A DNA stretch of 64,000 nt from an uncultured delta proteobacterium (GCA_963775425.1 CAVZJB010000007.1:32001-96000), one strand, 5' to 3'. Positions 1-10,091 are shown, counted from the stretch's first letter. Notes: generated from the sequence alone by a model not told the origin. Numbers and translations: made by a program.

Positions 1-1
1 G

Positions 2-862
2 GGCCCCCCGGGCGACGACGACGGCGCCACACCGGACGAGCTCTTGCTCGAGCTCATGGACCTCGTCGCGCTCGCGTTTCCGGCACCGTTGTTCGAGATG
101 ACCGTGAGCTTCGTCCCCAACGAGGATGGCCGGCGCCCGGCGCTCGCGAACCTCGACGGCAAGGGGCGCCCCGACAGCCCCAAGCGTCCCGACCTCGGGC
201 ACAACGACAACAAGGTCCTCGACGCCATCAACGCGCTCCTGCGCGACTTCGTCGACGCCACGTACCTCGGCGGCGGCGTCCGCCCGCTGGAGGGACGCAT
301 CGACATCAAGGCCGGCGACGACGGCGACCGCTTCGTCGAGCTCAAGGACGAGACCGGCGCCGTGCTCATGACCCGCCGCTTCGACAAGAGTGAGCTGCGC
401 TGGCTGTTCTGGACCGCCCCGCTGTTCGCGGCGCTCGAAGCGACCGAGGCGCAAGAGCGCGCGCAGCGCGAGGCGCTCGACGCGGCGCTGAAGGCGTACG
501 CGTCGTTTCGCATCGACATGCAGCAGGGAACGATCGAGTTCACGGGCGCCGCCGGGGGCAAGCAGTTCGCGTTCGAGCTCGTGGGGTCCTGGGCCGACGA
601 GAGCAAGCGCTTCTTGTGGGGCTGGGCCAACGAGCAGGCGCCGGCGTCGGTGCGCAAGCGGGTCGACGCGCTGCGGGCGGCGTCGACGGGCGAGGGGCTG
701 CGGGCGCTCACCGAGGAGAGCTTCGGCTGCCCCGAGGGCACCGCCGACCGCCTCGCGCGCCACGCCGCCGTGAAGATCGGCGCGACGGGCCTCTACCGCG
801 CGCCGTTTTCGTCTTCCCAGGGGAAGGGGTTCATGTACCTGGCGCTGTTCGATGCCGCTTAG
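2..862 (+). CDS. Hypothetical protein with C-terminal DUF6882-like domain (probably 5'-truncated by the window edge)
   Basis: Frame is open from nt 2 to TAG at 860-862 with GC3-rich codons. C-terminal FELVGSWADESKRFLWGWAN resembles the DUF6882 G(S/T)W...W(G/A)WAN signature. Confidence 0.6.
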   Translation, partial: GPPGDDDGATPDELLLELMDLVALAFPAPLFEMTVSFVPNEDGRRPALANLDGKGRPDSPKRPDLGHNDNKVLDAINALLRDFVDATYLGGGVRPLEGRIDIKAGDDGDRFVELKDETGAVLMTRRFDKSELRWLFWTAPLFAALEATEAQERAQREALDAALKAYASFRIDMQQGTIEFTGAAGGKQFAFELVGSWADESKRFLWGWANEQAPASVRKRVDALRAASTGEGLRALTEESFGCPEGTADRLARHAAVKIGATGLYRAPFSSSQGKGFMYLALFDAA

Positions 863-2607
863 AGCGAGAAGATCAGGTAGCGCAGGACGAGGTCCTCGGG
901 GCCGTCGAGGTCGGCGGTGCAGGCGCCGTCGAGGCACGAGAAGCCCGAGTCGCAGTCGGTCTGCTGGGAGCACAGCCGGGAGGCGTCCTGCTCCTGGTGG
1001 AACGACGTGAAGATCACGTGGCCGAGGCCGTCACTGAAGCCGACGGTCATCGGCGTGTTCGGGATGATCTCGCCGGCGTTCACGTGCACCCGCTCGTCCG
1101 CTTGCAAGAACGTCGTCACACCGGGGGCCACCTGGGTCACCACGGCGAAGTTGTCGAACTTGAAGTCGACGTCGACGTTGTCGGCCCCCAGGTACTGCTC
1201 GAGCCCGGGCTCGAGGACGCGCGCGTTGTAGATCTGCTCCCCGGCGCCGTGCTCCGCGGACGAGTTCTCCGTGTCGTCACCGAGGAAGTTGATCTTCTCG
1301 GGCCACACCTGCTCGACGAGGTCGTAGGCCCAGTCGCTCACGTAGAGCGAGCCGCCGCCCTCGACGTATTCGCGCAGGTTCTGCTTCACGTTGGCCGCGA
1401 GGCCGAACTGGAAGTTGCTCTCGTCGGCGCCGCAGTTCACGAACACCGCGTCGTAGGTCTCGAGCGTCTCCTTCACGCCGAACGCGTCCTGCGTCCAGTC
1501 GTCGCTGAAGTCGATGGGGTTGCCCTCCACGAGGTCGGGCTGGATCCCCATGCGATCGAGCACGTGCTCGATGCGGTCGAAGATGCCCTTGACCACGAGG
1601 TATTTGCGGCCGTCGTCGGGGTGCAGCGGCTGGCAGCCGACGCTGGCGGTGAGGTCGACGCCGTCGGGGTTCTGCCCGATCGTCGGCACCTGCACGTTGT
1701 CCCAGACGAACGAGAAGCCGCCCTTCTCCGCGCGCACAGACACGGTGCGGGTGCCGTCGGTGGGGATGCCGGCGATGACGAAGCTGCCGTCGTCGATGGT
1801 CTCGTCCTCGTAGGTGATGCCGTCGATGGCCTGCGTGACGAAGACGTGGGCGCCGGCGAGCGGGCCGCCGGGGTCGCCGGGGTTGTCCGTGCCGCAGAGG
1901 GTGCCGACGATCATGCCCGTGGTGAGCGGATCGTAGGGCTCGCAGGTGATGTCCTGATCCTCGAGGAGCGTCGGCTCGCCGTGGTCGGGGGTGACCTCCT
2001 GCACATCGACGCGAAAGGTCTTCTGAAAGCCCGCGGCGCGCACGTAGACGATCTGCGGGCCGGCGGGGACGCCGTCGAGCTCGAAGGTGCCGTCGTCGGG
2101 GTTGGTGTCGGTCTCGAGCGTGGTGCCGTCCGACAGCAGCACCGTGACGGTGCCGTCGGTGACGTAGTCGCCGGTGTGGCGGTTGCAGATCTGCCCGACG
2201 ATGACGCCCTTGCCCGGCTCCTCCGGCAGGTCGCGGCAGGCGGGGTCGGTGAGCTGAGAGTCCTCGAGCGCCACGACCTCGACGTCGGAGATGTCGTTTT
2301 CGAAGACGTCGGGGACCTTCACGTGCACGTTCACGGTGGTCACGGGGAGGCCGCCCACCTTGAAGAAGCCGTTTTCGTCGGCGCTGACGGTCTTTTCGCC
2401 GTCCTTCTTGGTCTTCGGGTTGGTGAACGACGCCGTGATCTCCGCGCCCGCCGCAGGGATGCCCGTCACCGGGTTACAGACCTGACCCGTGACGCCGCCC
2501 GAAAGGCCGACGACGGTGTCGTCGCGGCAGCCGCTCAGCGCGACCAGGGCCGCGACCATCACGAGCGGGGGACAAGCCCCCGCGCCACGTCCAAGTCCGG
2601 TGAGCAT
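859..2607 (-). CDS. Surface lipoprotein: tandem carboxypeptidase-regulatory-like (Ig-like) repeats plus a C-terminal GATase1-like alpha/beta domain
   Basis: ATG 2607 with GGAGG upstream; lipobox LVALSG-C; repeats G.(V/I)C...G.F...G(V/L/I)P; C-terminal YDAVFVNCG, LREYVEGGGSLYVSDWAY, GHVIFTSFH. Confidence 0.7.
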   Translation of the reverse strand: MLTGLGRGAGACPPLVMVAALVALSGCRDDTVVGLSGGVTGQVCNPVTGIPAAGAEITASFTNPKTKKDGEKTVSADENGFFKVGGLPVTTVNVHVKVPDVFENDISDVEVVALEDSQLTDPACRDLPEEPGKGVIVGQICNRHTGDYVTDGTVTVLLSDGTTLETDTNPDDGTFELDGVPAGPQIVYVRAAGFQKTFRVDVQEVTPDHGEPTLLEDQDITCEPYDPLTTGMIVGTLCGTDNPGDPGGPLAGAHVFVTQAIDGITYEDETIDDGSFVIAGIPTDGTRTVSVRAEKGGFSFVWDNVQVPTIGQNPDGVDLTASVGCQPLHPDDGRKYLVVKGIFDRIEHVLDRMGIQPDLVEGNPIDFSDDWTQDAFGVKETLETYDAVFVNCGADESNFQFGLAANVKQNLREYVEGGGSLYVSDWAYDLVEQVWPEKINFLGDDTENSSAEHGAGEQIYNARVLEPGLEQYLGADNVDVDFKFDNFAVVTQVAPGVTTFLQADERVHVNAGEIIPNTPMTVGFSDGLGHVIFTSFHQEQDASRLCSQQTDCDSGFSCLDGACTADLDGPEDLVLRYLIFSL

Positions 2608-2711
2608 CCCGTACCTCCGCACTCTTGAAGTATCCGCGGGATCGACGGCCGCGTGTGTACGCGGTTCGTCCGTGGGTCCCTGTGGGTCGGGGGCGCACGA
2701 TGTGGGCGCGC

Positions 2712-3434
2712 TCAGGGCGCGCACGTCGACACGTCGCCGGCGCCGTTGCCGAAGAACTCGTTGCCGGCGGCCGCGAAGTCCGGGATGGGCGCGCCGGGCT
2801 CGTCGCACGACACGACGATCCCGAAGTTCTCGTTGTCGCGCAGGGTGTTGTTCTCCACCACCGGCGGCGTCGCCGTCGACGAGAGGCCGAACACCCCGAG
2901 GCCCTGGATGCCCCGCTCGATGATCGTGTGCTGCACCTGGGACGGCTGCCCCGACTCCACCGCGAAGACGTTGAGCCCGCCCTCGCCGGCGGCGCCGAAG
3001 CCCGCCGCGAGGCCCGTCTTGGACGTGAACAGGATGGGGGCCTCGGCCGTGCCGAGGGCGTCGACGCGCCCGGCGCGATCGGTGTCGATGCGCGACGCGG
3101 GGTTCAGCCGCACGAGCGCCCCGGCCTCGATGGTGAGCGTGGCGCCGGCGGAGACGGTGATGGTGGCGGGGACGAAGTGCGGCCCGTCGATGCACTGCCA
3201 GGTCTCGTCGGCGTCGATGGTGGCCTTGTCGTGGCTGACCTCGGGCAGCTTCTCGATGCATTGCTCGGCGCAGTCGGCGAGCAGCAGGAAGAACTTGCCG
3301 TCACAGCGCAGGAGCTTCTCGTCCTCACAGACCTCGTTGCCCGCGTCCGCGCAGGGCTGCCCGATGAGCGAGTCGGGTGGGCACGCGCTCATGACGAGCA
3401 CAACCAGGGGAAGCGAGAGCGCGAGGAGCCTCAT
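2712..3434 (-). CDS. Lipoprotein with Cys-rich N-terminus and probable right-handed beta-helix
   Basis: Signal MRLLALSLPLVVLVMSA-C; GATLTIEAGALVRL and ALGTAEAPILFTS are typical of parallel beta-helix proteins. Confidence 0.65.
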   Translation of the reverse strand: MRLLALSLPLVVLVMSACPPDSLIGQPCADAGNEVCEDEKLLRCDGKFFLLLADCAEQCIEKLPEVSHDKATIDADETWQCIDGPHFVPATITVSAGATLTIEAGALVRLNPASRIDTDRAGRVDALGTAEAPILFTSKTGLAAGFGAAGEGGLNVFAVESGQPSQVQHTIIERGIQGLGVFGLSSTATPPVVENNTLRDNENFGIVVSCDEPGAPIPDFAAAGNEFFGNGAGDVSTCAP

Positions 3435-3440
3435 GGCGCG

Positions 3441-3446
3441 AGCATA
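3441..3446 (-). promoter_or_regulatory. Putative -10 box TATGCT for a leaderless transcript
   Basis: TATGCT lies 6 nt before ATG 3434, with no Shine-Dalgarno in between. Confidence 0.5.
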
Positions 3447-3468
3447 CGAGAGTCGCGGGCGCCGGGTC

Positions 3469-5568
3469 TCACGGGGCGACGCAGGTCTGGACCGTGACGT
3501 TCTGGGCGCCGGGGGCGCTGGCGACGTCGCAGGCGCTGCCGAACAGATCGATGCTGCTCGGGCCGGTGATGTCCCAGCCGTTCTGGCGGCTCGGGTCGCG
3601 GGTGAGGGCCTGCGCGCCGACGCGCACGGTCACCGTGTGGACGGCGTTGAGGTCCACGCCGGGGACCTCGACGTGGCACGCGAGCACCTGCTGCGTGATG
3701 GCGTCGAGGGCGCTCTCGAGCGCCGCCTGGTTGTTGGCGGCGTAGTAGTGCTGCGGGCCGGACAGCGCGGTGCCGCCGCTGTCCGCCATGGCCGAAAGCA
3801 CGCTGTCGAAGGCGGCCACGCCAAGGACGCCGATGACGAACGTCTTCACGCCGAGGTCGCGGATCTGCTGGACCTGCGTGAGCGTGTTGAGGTCGTCGAG
3901 GCAGTTGACGTTCTCGCAGGAGCCGTCGGCGGCGTCGTCGGGGTTGGTGCAGGTGCAGAACTGGCCGTCGAGCGAGGTGTTGCAGTTGGGGCCGCCGTCG
4001 GTGGCGAGCAGCACCGCGAGCGGCCGCGGGTGCGTCGGGTCGTCGCCGTTGAGCGTGTTCTGCACGATGTTGCGCGCGCGCGCCAACGTCACCGCCGTGG
4101 GCGTGCCGCCGCTCGGCGTGGTGTTGTCGAGCTGCGAGCCGATCGACGACGCGTTGTTGGTCCCGAGCCCGAGCACCTGACTGCCCTCGTCACAGACGTC
4201 GACGCCGACGTTGGCGCCGGGGTACAGCATCAGCCCGAACTGCACGCGGCTCTGCAACTGCGTGGTGACGCTCTCGAGCGCGAAGCGCATCGAGTCCCAC
4301 TTCCGGGTGCCGCCGTCGTCGTTCTCCTGCATCGAGCCGGAGCGATCGACGACCAGAAGGATGCGGCCGTCGGACGCGACGTCGGGCTGGTTCTGCACCT
4401 CGTTGCACACGTCCTGCGGCTGCGGGCAGTTGAGCTCCTGGATGAACGCGGTCTGGAACGGCTCGACCACGACGCCCGGGAACGTGCGCTCGAAGCCCGT
4501 CCGGTGCGCGCGCACGCTGTACGTGCCGGGCACGACCTGGTTGAAGTCGAAGCGCCCCTGATCGTCGCTCTGCGTCGTCGACAGCGTCGTGCCCGACGCG
4601 ATGAGGTCGACGGTGCCGACGAAGCGGCCGCCGGCGTCGGTGTCGCAGATCTCGCCCTCGATGCGGCCGACCTCGGGGCGATCGGCGCAGTTGCTCGGGT
4701 CCGTGACCTGCGCGAGCTGACCGGCGACGACGCCGACGTTGATTTGCGAGTAGTGGAACGTGTCCTTGACGACGTCGACCTTGTAGTCGTCCGGCTGCAG
4801 GCCGTTGATCTCGAACTGACCCGAGGTGTCGGTGACATCGGTGAAGACCTCGCCGCCGCTCATCTTCTGGACGCTCACCTGGGCGCCGACGAGGTTGCCG
4901 TTGCCCGAGGCGTCCTCGGGGTCGCAGAAGGAGCCGACGATGCCGCCCTCGGTGGCGCTCACGGGGTTGCAGTCGGCGGCGAGGTCCAGGGTGAAGGTCT
5001 CCCCGGCGACGATGTCGACGGCGAACGCGCGCTGGTAGCCGGCGCCGCGGATCTGCACGACCTGCGGGCCCTCGGGCACACCGTCGAGCTCGAAGTTCCC
5101 GTCCGCATCGGTGGTGGCGACCATCGGGCCGTCGGGGAGCTCGACGATGACCTGCGCGTCGGAGACATAGTCACCCGTGTGGCGGTTGCAGACCTGACCG
5201 ACGAGGTTGCCTCCGCTGCCCGGGGGCGGGCGATCGCGGCAGGCGGTGTCGGTGTTGGTGAAGTTGGTGTCGTCCGGGTTCACGAGCGCGTCAACGGTGC
5301 GCACGACGCCGTCGAGGGTGGCGGTGACCGTGTACGTCCCCTCGGGCACGCGGGTGAAGATGTAGCCGCCGGCGCCGTCGGTGACGGAGTCGCGCGTGAC
5401 CGGCCCGTCGATGTGCACGGCCGCGTTCACGAGGCCGATGCCGCTGTCGGGATCGCAGACGGTCCCCTTGAGATCGCCGGGGATGCCGCCGAGGTTCTCA
5501 CCGCAGTTGCAGCCGTTCACGACGACCGCGGCGAAGGGGGCGAGGAGCAGCGCGCGACGAAGGGACAT
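3469..5568 (-). CDS. Surface lipoprotein: carboxypeptidase-regulatory-like repeats plus Cys-rich VWA domain (CglB-like)
   Basis: Signal ending VVVNG-CNC; four Ig-like repeats; MIDAS motifs DRSGS, GGTPT, LATDGGPNC; Cys-rich insert CTCT...C...CLDD. Confidence 0.8.
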   Translation of the reverse strand: MSLRRALLLAPFAAVVVNGCNCGENLGGIPGDLKGTVCDPDSGIGLVNAAVHIDGPVTRDSVTDGAGGYIFTRVPEGTYTVTATLDGVVRTVDALVNPDDTNFTNTDTACRDRPPPGSGGNLVGQVCNRHTGDYVSDAQVIVELPDGPMVATTDADGNFELDGVPEGPQVVQIRGAGYQRAFAVDIVAGETFTLDLAADCNPVSATEGGIVGSFCDPEDASGNGNLVGAQVSVQKMSGGEVFTDVTDTSGQFEINGLQPDDYKVDVVKDTFHYSQINVGVVAGQLAQVTDPSNCADRPEVGRIEGEICDTDAGGRFVGTVDLIASGTTLSTTQSDDQGRFDFNQVVPGTYSVRAHRTGFERTFPGVVVEPFQTAFIQELNCPQPQDVCNEVQNQPDVASDGRILLVVDRSGSMQENDDGGTRKWDSMRFALESVTTQLQSRVQFGLMLYPGANVGVDVCDEGSQVLGLGTNNASSIGSQLDNTTPSGGTPTAVTLARARNIVQNTLNGDDPTHPRPLAVLLATDGGPNCNTSLDGQFCTCTNPDDAADGSCENVNCLDDLNTLTQVQQIRDLGVKTFVIGVLGVAAFDSVLSAMADSGGTALSGPQHYYAANNQAALESALDAITQQVLACHVEVPGVDLNAVHTVTVRVGAQALTRDPSRQNGWDITGPSSIDLFGSACDVASAPGAQNVTVQTCVAP

Positions 5569-5665
5569 GGGGACGCTCCGTGGGCGGCACCCGGACGGGC
5601 CCGCCCCCCGAGTATCGCCGGTCTCGCGGGCGAAACGGCGGCTTCTCCCCCCCCTGACGGATGAC

Positions 5666-6700
5666 TCACCCGACGTAGCGTGCTTGAGGCCGGATCAGGC
5701 GCCCCACCTGGCGCTGTTCTCGCACATGGGCGCACCAGCCAACGATCCGAGAGCACGCGAACACCGACGAGAAGAGCGCTCGATCGATGCCCACCGCCTC
5801 CAGCAGCACCGCTGTGAAAAATTCCACATTCGCCTTCAGCGGCCGCTCGGGGTGCCTGCGCGCGAGCGCCGCTTCGGCCTCGCGCTCGACGGCGCGCGCG
5901 AGCGCCAGCCGCGCCGAGGGATCGCCGGCGAAGCGCTCGAGGGCCTGCTCGAGGACGAACGCGCGCGGATCGCGCACGCGATAGACGCGGTGGCCCATGC
6001 CCATGATGCGGCGGCCGGCGTCGAGCTCGCCCTCGATCCACGCGCGCGCGTTGTCGGGCGTGCCGACGGCGTCGAGCATATCGAGCACGGGCCCCGGCGC
6101 GCCGCCGTGCAGCGGCCCCTTGAGGGCGCCGACGCCGGCGACGAGCGCCGAGCGGAGGTCACTGCCCGTGGACGCCACCACGCGCGCCGCGAACGTCGAC
6201 GCGTTCATCCCGTGATCGACGACGGTGACGAGGTACGTGTCGAGCGCACGCACCGCAGCCGCCGACGGCTCGCGGCCGGTGAGCATCCGCAGCAGATCGT
6301 GCGCGTGGCTCGCCGACGGGTCCGGCGCCGCGCCGCCGGGGTGCGCCCACGCGCCGGCCGTGACGGCGACGAGCCCGACGGCGTCCCACGCGCCGTCGGG
6401 ATCGTCGCGGCCGGGCTGTGCGAGCGCGGCCCGCAAGGCCTCCATGGGCTGGCCGCGCCCCTCGCCGGCGGCGCCGAGGCGGGCGGCATCCCCGCGGGCG
6501 GCGCCCAGGCGGGCGCGGGCTTCGGCGGGGGTGACGTCGAGGAAGAGGGCGCAGACGTCCTCGAAGCTCGACGAAGGAGCGAGGTCCTCGACGGAGCGCC
6601 CGCGCAGAATCAAGCGACCGGCGGCGCCGTCGACGTCGGAGAGCGCGGTCTCGGCGACGACGACGCCTTCGAGACCGCTGCTGGTGGGGATGCCTGCCAT
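5666..6700 (-). CDS. Citrate synthase / methylcitrate synthase family protein
   Basis: GLEGVVVAETALS, VDHGMNASTF, GPLHGGA, MGMGHRVY, ANVEFF, GWCAH...LIRP. Confidence 0.9.
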   Translation of the reverse strand: MAGIPTSSGLEGVVVAETALSDVDGAAGRLILRGRSVEDLAPSSSFEDVCALFLDVTPAEARARLGAARGDAARLGAAGEGRGQPMEALRAALAQPGRDDPDGAWDAVGLVAVTAGAWAHPGGAAPDPSASHAHDLLRMLTGREPSAAAVRALDTYLVTVVDHGMNASTFAARVVASTGSDLRSALVAGVGALKGPLHGGAPGPVLDMLDAVGTPDNARAWIEGELDAGRRIMGMGHRVYRVRDPRAFVLEQALERFAGDPSARLALARAVEREAEAALARRHPERPLKANVEFFTAVLLEAVGIDRALFSSVFACSRIVGWCAHVREQRQVGRLIRPQARYVG

Positions 6701-6734
6701 GAAATCCTCCCGGGCGATTTTGAGAGAGCATCAC

Positions 6735-6780
6735 AAGCTTTACATGACTATGCAATGTTGATAGATAGTAAATGTTTAAG
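6735..6780. promoter_or_regulatory. AT-rich divergent control region between the two citrate-synthase-family genes
   Basis: Markedly AT-rich island. Imperfect inverted repeat TTACAT-gact-ATGCAA at 6740-6755; direct repeat AATGTT at 6754 and 6771. Confidence 0.5.
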
Positions 6781-6850
6781 GGAACGCGCGTAAGCTGATC
6801 TCGGGCCCTTGACGCCCGTGCTGTCGAACGCGCTCGAGGAGGGTCACGGG

Positions 6851-8245
6851 ATGGGCGACCAGCAGGGCAGCAAGGGCAGCAAGGCCAGTAGGAGCAGCAA
6901 GGCGTTGGCGGGGCTCGTCGCGGATGACCTCGCGGCGCGCGTGCTCCTCCAGCCCGGCGCGACGCTCGAGGCCGCCCTGCGCGCGGCAGGGGAGGAGGTG
7001 GAGCCCGCCCTCGCCGCGCTGTCGCCGCGGTGGAGCGCGCTCCTCACGGCGCGCGGCAAGCTCCGAGACCGTCCGCCCGAGCTGGTCCCGGTCCGGACCG
7101 GGGGCGAGGAGCGCGCGGCGTTCGGGGAGACGCTGAGCGCGGGCGAGGCCGCGGCGCTCCTCGGCATCAAGAAGCAGACGCTCTACGTGTACGTGAGTCG
7201 GGGGCTGCTGCGGTCGGCGCGCGTGCGCGGCGGCACCGCGCGCCGCTACCTGCGCGACGACGTGATGCGCTTGAAGGCGCGCAGCGACGTGCGCGCGGGG
7301 CGCCCGCTCTCCGCAGTCGGGGCGCTCCACTACGGCGCGCCGGTGATCGACTCGACGATCACGCTCATCGACACCGAGCGCGGCCCCGTGTACCGCGGAC
7401 ACGAGGCCACGGCGCTGGCGCGGCGAGGCGTGAGCGCCGAGCAGGTCGCGCGCCTGTTGTGGACCGGCGCGCTCCCCCCGGAGCCCGTGCGCTTTCGCTC
7501 ACTCCACCCGCGCGTGCCGAGGATGAAGCTCGTCGAAGACGCGCCCACGCCGCTGGCGCGCATCGAGGCGGCCCTGTTCTTCCTCGGGCGCTCCCTGCCC
7601 CGCTACGCGGTGCCGGACGAGACCAAGATCGCGGAGGACGTCCTGCAGACCGTGCGCGACGTCGTCGGCGTCGGGCACCCGGCGGCGGACGCGGTGCTCG
7701 CCGACCACGAGCTCAACCCGTCGACGTTCGCCGCGCGCGTGGCCGCGTCGACGGGGGCGAGCCTCATCGCGTGCCTGCAGGCGGCTGTGGCCACCTTCAG
7801 CGGGCCGCGCCATGGCGGCGCCTGCGATCGCATCGAGGCGCTGCTCGACGAGATCGGGCGCCCGGGGCGCGCGCGCGACGTGGTGAAGGGGCGGCTCGCG
7901 CGCGGCGACGACGTGCCGGGCTTCTTCGCCGGCATCTACACCACCACCGATCCCCGTTCGGCGGTGCTGCTCGAGCAGGCCGAGGCGAAACGTCCGGGAG
8001 CGCACGCGGCGCACGCGCTCATCGCGGCCATGAAGGAGATCGGCGGGCCGCAGGCGCCGGGGCCGTCGGTGGACCTGGCGCTCGTCGCGCTCGCGCGCGG
8101 CGCCGGTTGGCCCCGCGGCGTGGCCACGGCGGTGTTCGCGGCGGCGCGGATGAGCGGGTGGATCGCCCACGTGCTCGAGCAGCGCGGCAGCGCCGACGTG
8201 CTGCGCCCGCGCGCGCGCTTCACCGGGAGCCGTGACGGCGCTTGA
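6851..8245 (+). CDS. MerR/excisionase-type HTH fused to a citrate-synthase-like domain (probable regulator)
   Basis: HTH LSAGEAAALLGIKKQTLYVYVSRGLL; CS motifs ADHELNPSTF, GPRHGGA, GWIAH...LRPRA; GAGGA upstream of ATG 6851. Confidence 0.85.
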   Translation: MGDQQGSKGSKASRSSKALAGLVADDLAARVLLQPGATLEAALRAAGEEVEPALAALSPRWSALLTARGKLRDRPPELVPVRTGGEERAAFGETLSAGEAAALLGIKKQTLYVYVSRGLLRSARVRGGTARRYLRDDVMRLKARSDVRAGRPLSAVGALHYGAPVIDSTITLIDTERGPVYRGHEATALARRGVSAEQVARLLWTGALPPEPVRFRSLHPRVPRMKLVEDAPTPLARIEAALFFLGRSLPRYAVPDETKIAEDVLQTVRDVVGVGHPAADAVLADHELNPSTFAARVAASTGASLIACLQAAVATFSGPRHGGACDRIEALLDEIGRPGRARDVVKGRLARGDDVPGFFAGIYTTTDPRSAVLLEQAEAKRPGAHAAHALIAAMKEIGGPQAPGPSVDLALVALARGAGWPRGVATAVFAAARMSGWIAHVLEQRGSADVLRPRARFTGSRDGA

Positions 8246-9152
8246 GGGCCTCGAGCTCGTCGAGGGTCTTCGGCCAGTCCCGCTTCATCAGGCGTGACAG
8301 CGCGCGGTCGGCGAGCAGCTTCCCGCCCGTCTGGCACGTCGCGCAGTAGTTCGTCTCGTTGTCCGCGTAGGCGATGCGCTGGACCGGCGCGCCGCACACC
8401 GGGCACGGCTTGCCTGCCCTGCCGTGCACCGCCATCTCGGGCCGAAACGCGGTGACCTTCTCCGGCAGCGGCTTGCCCGGGTCGTCCCGGCGCAGCCTGT
8501 CGGTCCACTCGATGAGGACCGCGCGCACGGCGTCGAAGAGGCTGCGCAGCGCGGCCTCTTCGAGGGACGTGCTCATCGCCACCGGCGACAGACGCGCGCG
8601 GTGGAGGATCTCGTCCGAGTACGCGTTGCCGATGCCGGAGAAGGTGCGCGGGTCGGTGAGCGACCGCTTGAGGGTGTGGCGCTCGGCCACGAGCGCGTCG
8701 CGGAATTCCTCGAACGAGCAGGTGAGCACCTCGACGCCACCGGGGTCGTGCTCGGCGAGCGCCTCCTCCCCGCGAACCAGGTACAGCGACGCGCGCTTCT
8801 TCTGGCTCGCCTCGGTGAGCGTGAGCGTGCCGGCGGCCCGGTCGTCGTCGTCGGCAAAATCGAACGCGGCGACGCCGATCTTGCCGGGGATCCTCGCGCC
8901 CGGCTCCCGCCACTGCAGGCGGCCGGCGATCATCAAGTGGAGGACGACGAAGAGCTCGCCTTCGAGCGCAAAGACGATCCGCTTGCCGAGCCGGCGCACC
9001 CCCAACACCCGCCGCCCGACCACCTCTGCGATCGGTGGGTCCACGCTGCGGAGCAGGAACGGCGAGGCGAGCCGGATACCCGACACGACCAAGCCGCCCG
9101 CGAGCCTCTCCAGGCGTTCCACGTACACCGTGATGTCCGGTAGCTCCGGCAT
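8220..9152 (-). CDS. Fpg/Nei family DNA glycosylase/AP lyase
   Basis: N-terminal MPELPD, RRLGK, H2TH motif SGIGNAYSDEIL, zinc finger CPVC...CATC; SD GAGGAGG. Confidence 0.92.
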   Translation of the reverse strand: MPELPDITVYVERLERLAGGLVVSGIRLASPFLLRSVDPPIAEVVGRRVLGVRRLGKRIVFALEGELFVVLHLMIAGRLQWREPGARIPGKIGVAAFDFADDDDRAAGTLTLTEASQKKRASLYLVRGEEALAEHDPGGVEVLTCSFEEFRDALVAERHTLKRSLTDPRTFSGIGNAYSDEILHRARLSPVAMSTSLEEAALRSLFDAVRAVLIEWTDRLRRDDPGKPLPEKVTAFRPEMAVHGRAGKPCPVCGAPVQRIAYADNETNYCATCQTGGKLLADRALSRLMKRDWPKTLDELEALKRRHGSR

Positions 9153-9219
9153 GCCCCTCCTCACCCCCGGCCACCGTGTTTCTTGCATAAGCGCCGTTCG
9201 CAGACGACCATGGCCGCGC

Positions 9220-10042
9220 ATGCCCCCTGCCCGCGCCAACAAGCGGAGATACGTCCGCACCCGGGCGCAGAACCTTGTCGCCCACCTGCGCGTGGGTGAT
9301 CGCCTGATCCAGGCGCCCGTCGATGACATCTCGATGGGCGGGATGCTCGCCCGCACGCAGGAGTCCATCGCCATCGGCACCGCCGTGATGTTCGACCTCG
9401 CGCGGCCGGGCCTGAAGAAGCCGCTGCGGCTTTTGGGCGTCGTGGTCGACACCCGCGTCGGCCGCGGCCTCGGCATCCGCTTCGACGGGCTCGATCGCGA
9501 CGCCGGCGATCGCCTCGGCGAGCTCATCAAGGACCTCGGCGGCATGACGTCGTCGCTGCTCGTCGACCGGCCTGACAATCCTCCGCACGCCCCCGCCGTG
9601 GCAAAGGCGCCGACGCCGATGCCCACGCCGGCCGCGACGCCGCCAGCGTCTCCGGCGCCGGCGGCCTTCAACCGCACGGGGCTCACCGGCACCTTCTCGG
9701 CTCCTCCCGGCGCGGGCTCGACGGAGCTCGAGCTCAAGCTCCAGGCGCAGATGCGCTCGATGGTGATGGAGCTCGGCCGCCTCCAGGAGCTGGTGCAGCA
9801 GCGGGAGAAGGAGCTTCACGACGCGCGCTCCGAGATTCGAACGGCTGCGGGCGGAGACCGCCTCCGGCGACGCGGCGCAACGCGTCGTGGGCAAGCTCGA
9901 GATCGAGAAGAACAAGCTCGAGGCGCAGGTGGCAGACGTGCGCTCGCGCATCAAGGTCGACGCCGACATCGTCCAACGCGAGGCCGAGCAAGCAGTCGCC
10001 GCGATGGGGCGCATGCTCGAAGCCGTCAAGCGCCTCAAGTGA
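9220..10042 (+). CDS. PilZ-domain protein with C-terminal coiled coil (frameshift near 9836)
   Basis: RRYVR and DISMGG c-di-GMP motifs. Removing one T from GAGATTCGAA continues the coiled coil EIERLRAE...KLEIEKNKLEAQV...KRLK to TGA 10040-10042. Confidence 0.75.
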
Positions 10043-10091
10043 GGGGTTGACACCCCGGACGTCGACGGGAGACTCGCGGGTGGAGGTCTCC

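Noticed and set aside
616-5664. Long plus-strand ORFs (670 aa, 1003 aa) and many similar overlapping ORFs across the window, e.g. 37085-39847 and 57281-60232
   Set aside because: They are antisense or off-frame shadows of real genes. High GC removes stop codons, and the products are Arg/Gly/Ala-rich with no motifs.
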